The position numbers and the translations under genes are program-made. Under the pieces are notes generated by a model, which did no database searches, was not told the DNA's origin, and was given only the letters and a program-made list of their open reading frames with translations. From assembly GCF_009914755.1 (NCBI RefSeq), contig NC_060942.1: a stretch of DNA of 64,000 bases. One strand, written 5' to 3'. Positions within the stretch are counted from its first letter, which is position 1; each line of letters starts with the position of its first letter. Positions 43,594 through 59,020 of the stretch are shown here, piece after piece. The stretch comes from the human T2T-CHM13v2.0 reference genome, Homo sapiens.

Positions 43594-44359
43594 CTGGGTA
43601 TTAGAGTGTGGATAGCAGAACATTTTAATGGGATTAAAAAATGTATTCCTTTAATGGTATTATTAAGGGGCCACCAACATTTTTATTTTGAATCATTATG
43701 TGAAACAGTTGGATAATTAGAAATTTTTCAGTGATTTGTGAAGCCAGCCATGCTTATTCTTGAGTTCCTTGGATGACTGCTACTATAGTCACAAAGTCCT
43801 ATCTTCCTCTGTTTTCACTGGTTTAAATCAAATCATTGTTTTTCTAATGATAACAGCAACATGCCATACCTCGTGTCCACCACAATGTATGGATTACCTG
43901 ATGATTGGAGAGAAATGCAGTGACTCTGGAAATGGCATTATTGTGATGTATATATGCATGAGAGATTTGGGTGAGAGATGGTACATTTATCCTTCCTTAA
44001 TTAACTTGCCAATGAGAAAGAGAGAGTTCAAGAACAAAACCTTGGAAGTTATGGAAGAATCTGAAAATGATGTCCTGGAATTAGTTTGCTTATATTTTGG
44101 GAGTAATTTTTCAGGGGCACTGAATTTCACATGAGCACCTTACCAAATGCTTACGTGTTGTGTAGCACTAATGTAAACACTGTAAATGGTCACTCTCTGA
44201 AGATCAGTTATGATGACTGTGGCTAGCAGGCCGAGTTGGACTGCAGACCAGCCTGCCTTGACATTGCTTATTTTATTCTTAAGTGAGGGAGACTGATCTA
44301 CATGAATGTGTTTTTATACAAAGATTAACGGGTGACATTGGAGGGGTACTACTTGATGA

Positions 44360-44530
44360 ACACTCCACATGCAGGATCTTATTCTTCTTACCATCCTTAT
44401 GAAGGTAAGAGCTGTTCTCATCCACTGTTACATAGGGCTCATTTGATGTAACTTGTCCACAGTCTCACAGTCAGTATGTGGCAGAATAGGATTGGAAACC
44501 AGACCATTCGATCCCAAAGACCTACCTTCC
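44360..44530 (-). mobile_element. MIR fragment
   Basis: ccttatgaaggtaag...gtaacttgtccacagtctcacagtcagtatgtggcagaataggattggaaacc. Confidence 0.6.
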
Positions 44531-44649
44531 TACCGTTTAATAATGCCCTCCTGTTCCAGAAATATGCAAAAGCCAATGACAAGACATAAACAGGAACATA
44601 TGGTAAATTGGTAACCAGTAACATATGCCTAATATTTGAAAACTTTTAA

Positions 44650-45090
44650 GGTAATTCACTCCTTCTGCCAAAAAGATGTATTGACTACCTACCATGTGAA
44701 ATGCTGTGTGGCGTGTATACAAGTCCCACTTAGGTTCTTGGTTCAGGGACTGAGTTGGGTGTAATAGAAGCAATCTGTAATATCAATGAAGAACTCTCCT
44801 ACAAAGTGGGAGATTGCTGCTATTAAAGGACTGAAGAAGAGAGTAAATACACTTAAGGAAAATCTGGGAAGACATCATGGAGGAAGCTGGATTTGCACTG
44901 GGCTTGGGAAGGCCAGGAAGTTACCTGAGATGCAGACACAGGGTGGGGTTGGGGCACTGGGGTGAAGGAAGGTGGCACAGCTATGAACAGGAGTAGGGGA
45001 AGGAAGAGATAGGACTGGCGTTTTCAAAAATGGGAACAGTAGTGTGAATGAATCGTAATGGAGCAATTCTGTGGTGCCGTATCTGAGCAA
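44650..45090 (-). mobile_element. L2 fragment
   Basis: tgtattgactacctaccatgtg...ggaagacatcatggaggaagctggatttgcactgggctt. Confidence 0.45.
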
Positions 45091-45515
45091 GCCTTGATAC
45101 CTGACTACTACTCAGTAGGCCGTGGGGTGTCACAGAAATCCTTGGAGTCATGTTGCTTTCTGCCATGCCAGTGAAGTGATCAAGTGTGACACAAGCAATC
45201 ACAGAAGCCTGGTCATCTGCATTCTGGCAGTGTGGTCTTCTCCAGGCCTAATGACATCTCTGTTTCTGTTACGTTTCCCTTGTATTGTCAACTTCTCTTA
45301 AACTTGAGGACTCACCAGCCCTAGAATGGAGGAGGGGAGTGTGTTAGTCTTAGTGAATTCCATGTGTCTCATGTTTCTAAGTCACTTTCCATTTCATGAA
45401 ACATTGTGAGAAATTACTGGTGTATAATGATGACTCCGCCTCATACAGAGAATGCTTTTGAACATACTGCCTTTGAATTTGATTAGGTGTAGACAGTCAA
45501 TAGTAGGAAACATAG

Positions 45516-45893
<378 letters not shown>

Positions 45894-46014
45894 TGAATGT
45901 ATTCATGAAACATTTATAGCTCTTTTAGAGAATGTGAGGTCAGGATCAATATATTTAAAACAATATTTTTTAAATTGAAGTTAAAAAAAAGTAAAAAGAA
46001 AGAAACAGAAACAA

Positions 46015-46240
46015 AGCTTTATTGAAGGCTTACTGACGACTTACTACAGGCTTCCTTAGCTCCTGTGCTAAGTCTTTCCTAAGCGCTTTTCCATTTAATC
46101 CTGACAGTCGCCATGAGAAGGAGGGCTTGTTGTTATCCCCATTTTGCAGATGAGGAAACAGAGGTTTAGAGTGTGATTTACTGATACTGTGTAACTGCTC
46201 AGTGGCAAAGTCAGGGTTGGAACACAGCTTGGCCTCACTC
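46015..46240 (-). mobile_element. MIR
   Basis: Core ttatccccattttgcagatgaggaaacagagg. Confidence 0.85.
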
Positions 46241-47681
46241 CCCATGCCGCTGTTTTCTAACGTCTCCTGTAAGTGGTGCTTCGGCTCGTAATGCCAGTAA
46301 AATCACTTATCAAGCAAACCTACAAACCGGAAAGGAGTCCCAGGTCGTTTATATTCTTTCTGACAGAAAAATGTATGCTTTAGATGTAAGACTGGTTTTG
46401 ATAATACTTTGCTCCTTTTGGTTTTGTCTACATGAACACAATGCAGCGTATGGTTTGGGTTTCTTCGAGTCACTAGAGATGGGCTGCCTCACAATCATTT
46501 GTGTTATTGCATCTCATGCTGATCAATGGACCACTTATTGCTTACATGGGTTTGCTGGGGATGTTGGGTTCCACCGTCTTGCAGTTATTTCTGAAAGTTT
46601 TAAGTGCATTCAGCCACACATGCTATTCAGTAAGTTTACAACAATTTGCTCAATCTTTCTGTGCATCATTTTATAATTTTAGAGCTTTAAAAAATGCTCT
46701 TGTCTGTTTTTGACATAGAGTTGTTTATTTTCTATTTACATGGTATTCTTGTTTAGTTTTCATCTACCTCAGAAGGCTTTCATATAGAATTATCTGCTCT
46801 GTTGGCTTCTGCAGAGTTAGCAGGAAGAGTGGCACTTAGTGCCAGGCTGCATATTAAGGTAGTTCGAGTGGTATGGCCCACAACTGATGGCCACCCTCCT
46901 GTCAAAATGTGGTCTCCACTTTGTATCATCCACAAAGCAGTTGGATTCTGATTGGAATACTGACATTGTTCTCATAATCATTTAAAGATAAATGGGCTAA
47001 AAATGTTGCATAAATTCTGTGTTGTAAAATTTATTCTTTCGAAAGTTCGTTTCTCAGTGCCATAGATGACACTGACAGCATTATTAATACTTTCAATATT
47101 CTAGTGTCAGAAATCATTTGATGTCAGTTTAATCCTTTTAATGGTTAATGTCAGCATTTTAGCATGAACGTTTAAGTGTCCCCAAAGATTGGGTTGATTA
47201 TTCTTCATCAAGTAGGCTCATTTTAAAGTCAAGAAAATGGCTCACTTGTACTATCAGCTATGCCTTTTCAGGGTTTTTTCTTCTTTAAATCAAATCATTA
47301 CAACTTACTATGCTGACACTGAGTTATAGATCTATTTTGACTTACTTTATTTCTTAATAAGATCATAGGAAATCTTTTTGCAAATTAGGCCTTTGGAAAA
47401 TGAAAACAATCTCGTGTTTCTGTGATTCTAACAATGTGTTTAAATCTTAGTGCATGACATCTAAATTTGAATTTTCGTAGAAACAGGTTTCCAGAGTGTA
47501 TTTTCATGTTTTCATATATGATACTCTGTTGTATTTATATCACAGATAATTATTTGAATCAGATTTATCACTTTTCTGGCATATTTTGAAATAGTCATAC
47601 ATAGAAATGTGGAAATACTTCATTAGCTGTAGAGGTGCAAATGTACCATATAAGAATTATTTGAAAACTTATGTGCATTCT

Positions 47682-47932
47682 GAGTATCAGTACAGGACTT
47701 GGGAACACAGGCCACATGTGGAGTTTGGTGGTAGACTGCTATTGTTTCAAGGGGCGAGGATGAGATTTTGTTGTGGACAACTTCAGTTCATCCAACAGGT
47801 ACACTGAACCACTCATGTCTTCCACGGTGTCCCGTCTGTTCTTGCATGTTCCTCTGCCATACAACTCACGAACTATTTGTGCACATTTTTTTGTTAACAC
47901 ATCAAACTTTACTACAACAGAACAAAATGACA
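47682..47932 (+). repeat. Long inverted repeat, left arm (not Alu or L1)
   Basis: gagtatcagtacagg...aacagaacaaaatgaca is the reverse complement of 49067-49319; about 20 substitutions and 2 single-base indels by hand alignment. Confidence 0.96.
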
Positions 47933-49066
47933 TAGTATTCTGTGTTTTCATAGCTTCCAGTTCATGCTGATCATCCTATTGCTGGGTTTTTGTTTATGCA
48001 TGTTTTTATGCAGGGCCTGTCGATGGGGGTGTCTTTACTGTGCGGGCTTTATGTTTGCAGATGATCCATAGAAACACAAACAAGAAATTGTAGCAGCAGT
48101 ATTTCATTCCTAAAGCTGAATGATGTCAGGCATAATTACTGAAACTAACATCTGGAGTGGTTTATTAAAGGGAAACCTGCCAAGATTGTTAGCATATACC
48201 AAACAGCATTATCCATATGTGCCATTTTATCACTATTGAATGTCGGGGTGTGTTAGTATGAAGGGAAATGAATAAAATCCAGCAAAGGATCACTACTAAC
48301 ACATTATCTTCCCAGAACTGATTTTAGTTTAGCTCGATGAAGCAGTTTGCTGGAGATTTTCAAAATTGTGCCCATCACCCATCTGGAGGGTTTCTGCATA
48401 CCTCGGTACCTGGTTATTTGGTCTTGTTAGAATTAAAATGTACCCCTTCAGGAAAGTTCTCTTGAATTCTTTTTTTATGTTCCTGAATCCTAGACTATAA
48501 ACAAACAAGCAAACAAACAAACAAGATATCAGATATTAATTGAGGACCCACTGTTCAGTCTTGTTGAAAACTTGGCACACATGCTTGAGGAGTTTAATAG
48601 GGATCTTGTCCAGTAGGGCGATGAAAGAACACTATTGTGTGATTGTCAGATTTCTTGAAGTAGTACTGAATTACTACTGTTCACTCTTTTCCTTAGAAGA
48701 CATCTCAATGGTTGAATAGAGAGTCTTAAGGCAGCGAGGTGATCCTTGTCAAACTATGAGAGTTTCAATCCTTATGAGTAATATAGCTCTAATAATTTTG
48801 CCATTCAGCTTATTTACAGAGTAATCTAGAGAGGCTACACCAACCTGGCATGGTAAATGTTGTCTTCCTTAGGCACAGATAGAGGATGTCATGCCAGTCT
48901 ACATTCTGTACATGGAGATGGAGGTGGAATTCATAGATCTTCAAAAATCATACTAGGACAGTTTTTGATACAATGGAAAAGAAAGTGTTCTCCAGAAAAT
49001 GCTCCTAAGTTCTCCTTTGTGCCAATTATTGCCAAGTGGTAAAAACTGAAAGGCAAATGACATTGC

Positions 49067-49319
49067 TGTCATTTTGTTCTGTTGTAGTCAAGTTTGATGT
49101 GTTAACAGAAGAAATGTGTACAAATAGTTCGTGAGTTGTATGGCAGAGGAACATGCAAGAACAGAGGGGACACTGTGGAAGACATGAGTGGTTCAGTGTG
49201 TTTACTGGATGAACTGAAGTTGTCTACAACAAAATCTCATCCTCACCCCTTAAAACAATAGCAGACTACTACCAAACCCCACATGTGGTCTGTTGTTCCC
49301 TAGCCCTGTACTGATACTC
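49067..49319 (-). repeat. Long inverted repeat, right arm
   Basis: tgtcattttgttctgttgtagt...cctgtactgatactc. Confidence 0.96.
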
Positions 49320-50051
49320 CATTTCTAAATTCTGCACCAATACAGTGGCTCCACAGCTGCTACTGAATATCTAGCAATAGACACCCTGCTCTTAAATGGC
49401 TCTGGAGGTGAAGCTTCCATTACTTGTTTTTTTCCTGTAACAGCTTTTCAGAGAAATACCATTTGGCTCAATTTACTCATCATCCTAATCTTAGAATTTC
49501 CATGTTTTACATAGTTCAATTTAGTAAACCTCTCAATTTATATCATTACTTTATCAATCCAGCATCATGATAAAAGGAAGATGTATCACATGAATAAAAT
49601 TTTCTTGGATGATGGAAACTTACCTCATTAAGTACAAAATATTTCATTTTATGGGATAATTGTCTAAAATATATTACTGTATCAGGCTTCTAAGATCTTA
49701 GTGCCATCATTATTTTCTGAGTATATATCTAGAAGTGGAATTCATAAGTGTTAGAATATGCATTTGTTTAAATTCAGTAACACAAGCAGTTTTCCAATGT
49801 GATTGTAAAAATTTTACTCCCTCAACAGTGTAAGAGTGTTTTGGTTTTTGCACATACTACTAACACTTGGTCTGTCATTTTCGTTTTCTCCATTCTGGTG
49901 GTTATGTGGTATTGTCACATTATGGGGCTGGTTAGCAATTCCCTGATGACTAGTGAAGCACCTTTCTTATATTATTGGCCATTTGGATATCTTTGAAGGA
50001 TCTATTCAAGTATTTTTTGCATATTTTCATTGAATAGCCTATCCTTTAAAT

Positions 50052-50368
50052 CAGGGGTCCCCAACCCCTGGGCTGGGGACCAGTACCAGTCCTTGGCCTG
50101 TAAGGAACCAGGCTGCACATCAGGACGTGAGTGGCAGGCCAGGGAGCATTACTGTCTGAGCTCCGCCTCCTGTCAGATCAGGGGCAGCATTAGATTCTCA
50201 TAGGAGCACGAACTCTTTTGTGAACTGCGCATATGAGGGATCTAAGTTGTGCACTTCTTATGAGACTGTAACCAATGCCTGATGATCTGAGGTGGAACAG
50301 TTTCATCCCATGGAAAAATTGTCTTCCACGAAACCAGTCCCTCATGCTGAAAAGGTTGGGGACTGCTG
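50052..50368 (+). mobile_element. MER1B hAT-Charlie MITE
   Basis: caggggtccccaaccc ... aaggttggggactgctg; perfect 8-bp TSD ctttaaat at 50044-50051 and 50369-50376. Confidence 0.94.
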
Positions 50369-50514
50369 CTTTAAATACTCATTAGGGTAGTTTCTTTATG
50401 TTCTGGAAATAAGTCCTTTGTCAGATATACTTATCGAAAATATATTTTTCTACTTGCTAGGTTGCATTTTCACTCTGTTAATGATGTTGTTTGATAAATA
50501 AAAGCTATTAATTT

Positions 50515-50800
50515 ATTTTTATTTATTTATTTTTTGAGATGGAGTCTTACTCTGTTGCCCAGGCTGAAGTAGAGTGGCGCGATCTCAGCTTACTGCAACG
50601 TCTGCCTCCCAGGTTCAAGTGATTCTCCTGCCTCAGCCTCCTGAGTAGTTGGGACTACAGCCACGTGCCACCACACCTGGCTAATTTTTGTGTTTTCTAG
50701 TAGAGACGGGGCTTCACTATGTTGGCCAGGCTGGTCTCAAACTCCTGACTGCAGGTGATCTGCCTGCTGGGATTACAAGTGTGAGCCACTGCACCTGGCC
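50515..50800 (-). mobile_element. AluSx-like (short deletion in left arm)
   Basis: TSD aaaagctattaattt at 50500-50514 and 50801-50815. Confidence 0.93.
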
Positions 50801-51815
50801 AAAAGCTATTAATTTTAATAGAGTCTAACTTACAAGTTTTTTTTTTTTTAATAGTTAACATTTTCTGTGGCCTGTTTAAGTTTTTTTAGCCTATGCCAGG
50901 GTCACCAATATACTCTGTGATTTTCTGTGAACACTTTATTGCTTTATTTTTCACATTTACACTTGCAATCCATCTGGAATTGGTTTTTGTGAATTGTATG
51001 AGGTAGGATCAAGCTGCCTTTCTTCCACATTCAATTGATCCAGCACCATTAATTGAAAAGAGCATCCTTTCCCTCATTGCACTACAGGGTCACTGTTGCC
51101 ATACATCACTCTATTATGCTGCCTTTGTAATGGAAAACTATAATGAGGACTTCTAGAAGTTTGTATGTGTCACAAGTTTTGTTTCTTAAAAATGTATGTG
51201 TTAGAATATGCAATCAGAGTCAGTTAATGTGGAACTCCCTGTCTTGCCATGCCAACATGAAAATAATAGATAAAATATTTTATAGAGATAAATATGTATC
51301 TGAGATTGAAAATAAGGAAGAAAAAATCTTTAGCTGCCAAGAAAGAAGTTAAGACTCTCAGTGCTGAGAGAGACTGAATCCACCTAGGTGATAAGGTGAC
51401 TGGACCCAGTAAACCCTTTGTGTGCTGGGGGGTTTTATGCCTTGTAGAACCCAGTGTGAGCAAGATTTGGGTACCCTACATACATTCAGTAGCCAGGAAA
51501 GGGTGATTGGATTGCCAGACTCTGCCTGCTGGCAAAAGGATGAGCTGTAGAAGCTGAAGTCCTAGGTAGTGGATATAAAGAAGACAAATTAGGTGGCACC
51601 TTCTAGACTGTGCAATGCATGGATTTGGAATTGAATTTTTCCTCTAATTATTCTAGGGAAACCCTGGGCTAAGAAACCAATGTAAAACCTGATGAGGTAG
51701 TCTGTAGTCACACTGGGTAGAGGTAGAGGCAACCACAAAATTATTCTTAAGAATGCCTCCCAGGCGCCTGGAAGATGAAACTTTCTGGTGAATATGAGCT
51801 CATGGTAAAAATTTA

Positions 51816-52135
51816 GGTCGGATGCAGTGGCTCATGCCTGTAATCTCAGCACTTTGGGAGGCTGAGGGAGGAGGATTACTTTAGCTCAGGAGTTCAAGAC
51901 TAGCCTAGGCAATATGGCGAAACCCATGTCTACAAAAAATACAAAAATTATCTGGACATGGTAGTGTATACCTGTACTCCCAGCTAAGTGTGAGAATTGC
52001 TTGAGCCCAGGAGACGGAGGTTGCAGTGAGCTGAGATCGCACCACTGCACTCCAGCCTGGCAACAGAGCCAGAGCCTATCTCAAAAAAAAAAAAAAAAAA
52101 AAAAGAAAGAAAGAAAAAGAAAACAAGAAAAAAAA
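51816..52135 (+). mobile_element. AluJb/S-like (first of three tandem Alus)
   Basis: ggtcggatgcagtggctc...; long A/GAAA tail. Confidence 0.9.
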
Positions 52136-52768
<633 letters not shown>

Positions 52769-52821
52769 TCAAAGATAATAAGCAGGTAAGTATCAAAAAA
52801 TGATGGACTTCCTACAGACTA

Positions 52822-55699
<2,878 letters not shown>

Positions 55700-56390
55700 C
55701 TCTAACATTAGATGAAAGAAGACATCGAAATTTGAAGTGCAAAGAGAAAATAAGTGTTAACCTAGAATTTTGTATCAAGCTGAATTGTCACTGGGGATTA
55801 AGGATGAGTATATTTTAAAACATGAACGGAAATATGGTATCTTTATATCAATAGGCAATGAACATAATTCTAATTTAGAGATAAAAATTTAAATAATAAT
55901 TGTTTACTTATTTAAATCTGTGAAACTGAGAAAGATTGAAAAACATAGTAGACAATCTTGTTGACAAGAATCTTGGGACATAGAACAACTTCACACTTAG
56001 CTGGGAGATTTACATTATTCAATTTTTAGAGAAAAAGTGACAAAGGCCTTAAAATTATGTGAGGCCTTTGAACCTGTAGTTTCACTATGTGATATATTCT
56101 GAGGAAATAATATTTAAGCATTTAGCTACCAAGTGAGTTTAAGAGCTTGAATTTGAAAATAAAGTAAATGTGAAACATAGGGGGATGGGTGAAATAAATT
56201 GTTAAATCCATTTAATAGAATTACTGTACATTCACTAGAAACAAATTTTTTAACATGTCATTTGATAAGAAAGAACATGTTCAATGAAATAAATATATCA
56301 AACGAAAAATAAATACAAATTGTGAATAGCATGACCTACTTTTACAATAGCAAATAAGTATTTATATCTAAAATATTTGAAAATATCTAT

Positions 56391-56391
<1 letters not shown>

Positions 56392-56444
<53 letters not shown>

Positions 56445-56471
56445 GTCTATCTAGCTAGCTAGCTAGCTATC
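56392..56471. repeat. Compound tetranucleotide STR (TATC)13 TGTC TATC (TAGC)4 TATC
   Basis: Counted directly. Confidence 0.96.
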
Positions 56472-56785
56472 TTTCTGTCTCTCTCTCTCTATCTTCCTAT
56501 CTGCCTCTCTCTTTCTTTCAAAGTTTTAATGGTGGTTGTACTTAGGTGTTAATATTGTATAGTTTTAAAATATTCTTCATTGCCTATGTTTTATTATTTT
56601 TCTAAAGTTGGATTATAATGTTATATAAGAAGAGAAGAAACCTCATGTTGGAGAAACTCAAACCAGTGTAATTGTTATTATGTAGTATTGAATATACACA
56701 TTGACTTTACAGTATTGTTGATAGACAGAACCTGTCTGCTGTGTTGGTTCATAGTTTTTTTGTTGATTTTAAGGATTAAGATGAA

Positions 56786-56950
56786 TTTCTTTCTTTCTCT
56801 CTCTTTCTTTCATTCTTTCTTCTTTACTTTCTTTCTTTTTCTCTTTTCTTTTGAGATGAGGTCTTGATATGTTTCTCAATCTGGCCTCAAACTCTTGGAC
56901 TCAAGTAGTCCTCCTGCCTCAGCCTCCTGAATAGCTGGAACTACAAGTGC
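56786..56950 (-). mobile_element. Alu monomer fragment (FLAM-like) with (TTTC)n tail
   Basis: gagatgaggtcttg...ctcaaactcttggactcaagtagtcctcctgcctcagcctcc. Confidence 0.8.
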
Positions 56951-57425
56951 TTTCTCTAAGATGAAGTTATTTCTGTGTTTTCAAGTCCACTAGATAGTTT
57001 TCATGTTTTTCTTACAGTTTCTTTAATAACCCAAATGATACAAGAGCACTATAGTGATTTATATATATATATATAAAAGGTAACATACCATATATAAATT
57101 TATATATTTATATATAATATATATACTATAATAGAAAGCATACTATATATGTGTGTGTATATACATATATAGAGAGAGAGTATGATTTTTGTTACCTTTT
57201 AAAATAGTTCTTTTTGATTCTCTATTCTTAAAAGCCTTTTTATATTTTTTTCCAGTATTGTTTTGGGTCCAGACCATTTGAGAGTGACATATAGAAGTCA
57301 TTTGTTACACGCATGAGAGTGTTAGAAGTGACAAGAAAGAGGCAATAAAGAGGGTTTTCTGGATGGGGTCAGTTTTTAATTCCTTATTGAGATTTTACAG
57401 TAGCTCAAAAGAGATGCCTGTTGCA

Positions 57426-57710
57426 GGCCAGTTATGATGGTTCACATCTGTAGTCTTAGAACTTTGGGAGCCAAGATGGGAGGATCACTTGAGCCTGAGA
57501 GTTTGACACCAGCCTGGACAGCATAGGGAGACCCTACTTCTACAAAAAAATAAAAAAAATTAGCCAAGAGTGGTGGTGGTGCACCTCTGTAATCACAGCT
57601 AATTGGGAGGCTAAGGTAGAAGGATTGCTTGGGCCTGGGAGGTCAAAGCTTCAGTGAGCTGTGATCATGCCACTGCACTCCAGCCTGGATGACAGAACAA
57701 GACCTTGTCT

Positions 57711-57742
<32 letters not shown>

Positions 57743-57745
57743 AAC
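57426..57745 (+). mobile_element. AluJ
   Basis: ggaggatcacttgagcc, gtgagctgtgatcatgcc; TSD-like tgcctgtt on both sides. Confidence 0.9.
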
Positions 57746-58457
57746 AAAATGTGCCTGTTTCCATTAGAAGATAATTTATAAGGGATTGGAAACCAAGATT
57801 CTGGTATGGAGGGATGGACTATCCCAGCGGAACACAATGAAAAGTATACCTTGTTCTTGCCAATAAGAAAGAAAGTTGCTTCTACCTGTGTTATGAGATT
57901 ACACTTAAATATACTATAAATATTGAGAATTTTGAGAGTATTAGCAGTGAGTTAGGATTTTTAAAAAACTATGGAAAGAAAACATCAATTATTAATCCTT
58001 TGACGTTTTAACCTTCCTAGGAGAGAAATTTTTTCTTTTGAGGGTAGCCTTGTAAACATACTTCCAGATTGGGGGATAGGGGTGAGTTGGGGTGTGGACA
58101 TGAAACAAATACAAACATTGACATTTAAGGCAGTCATTTTTAGAATATTGTTATTTAGTAACTCTTGATGTCTGGATTTCTTATAGAGATAATGAAGGAG
58201 GTAGTTTTTAAAACCTGCCTCATGTATAAGAGAATGTTTAGGAATCTCTTTATAGGAAAATATAAAGCATTATTAATTACTTGAGCTTTTAACCTTTTAA
58301 CTTTGTATTATAGAAGTCAAAATCATGAAGGGAGAAAAGTGTTTCATTAATCACTACAGGATATTTTTCAAAATGAGTTAATGGAAGTTTACTCTGGGTC
58401 TTTAAACAAAATATAAATTGACATACTGTGCCAGGTATCTAAAAATACTCTGTTTAG

Positions 58458-58778
58458 GGTCAGAAGCATGATGGCTCATACTTATAATAACAGCACTTTG
58501 GGAGGCTGAGGCAGGGGGATCACTTAAGGCTGGAAGTTTGTGAGCAACTTGTGCAACATAGTGAGAACCCTTCTCTAAAATAATAATAATAATAATAATA
58601 AAATTAGCTGCGTGTAGTGGTGCATGCCTGTCATTCCAGCTACTCAGGAGGTTGAGGTGGGGGGATTGCTTGAGCCCAGGAATTCGAGGCTACGGTGGGC
58701 TATGGTCATGCAACTGTACTCTAGGCTGGGTTACAGAGTGAGGCCCTATCTCTAAATAATAAATAATGAATACATAAA
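58458..58778 (+). mobile_element. AluJ with (AAT)n-expanded linker
   Basis: ggattgcttgagcccaggaattcgaggct; divergent dimer. Confidence 0.88.
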
Positions 58779-58849
58779 TATCTACTGTCTCATACTTTAT
58801 AAGATATGTTCATATTCTTTGTGTTAACTGGAGTTTAGGGAGAGAAGCA

Positions 58850-59020
58850 GATAGAGTGGGATTAATACTTGATGGGGAAGCCCCAAACTAGTTCTGGCTC
58901 TAACAGTAACTTGGTATGTGGCTTAGAAAAACACTCAGCCTCCTTGAGTTCAGTTTTTTCTCAATTTTTGGGAGAGGGTTTAATTTATTAGTGGGTGATC
59001 TTCAAAGTCCCTGCCACTAC
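58850..59020 (+). mobile_element. MIR fragment
   Basis: ctagttctggctct...gtatgtggcttagaaaaacactcagcctccttgagttcagttttttctca. Confidence 0.55.

Larger units (their letters stand above)
49715..51110 (-). mobile_element. Old L1M (ME/MD-like) fragment interrupted by MER1B and an Alu
   Basis: tatatctagaagtggaatt..., aagtcctttgtcagatata..., atccatctggaattggtttttg...ccagcaccatt..ttgaaaag. Confidence 0.7.

Noticed and set aside
47675-49326. cattct / catttct outside the long inverted repeat as a transposon TSD
   Set aside because: Short, imperfect and not a canonical TSD length; no transposase remnant recognised in the spacer.
57060-57180. AT-rich palindromic stretch as a PATRR-like element
   Set aside because: Degenerate (TA)n low-complexity DNA with only short (~18-bp) symmetry.
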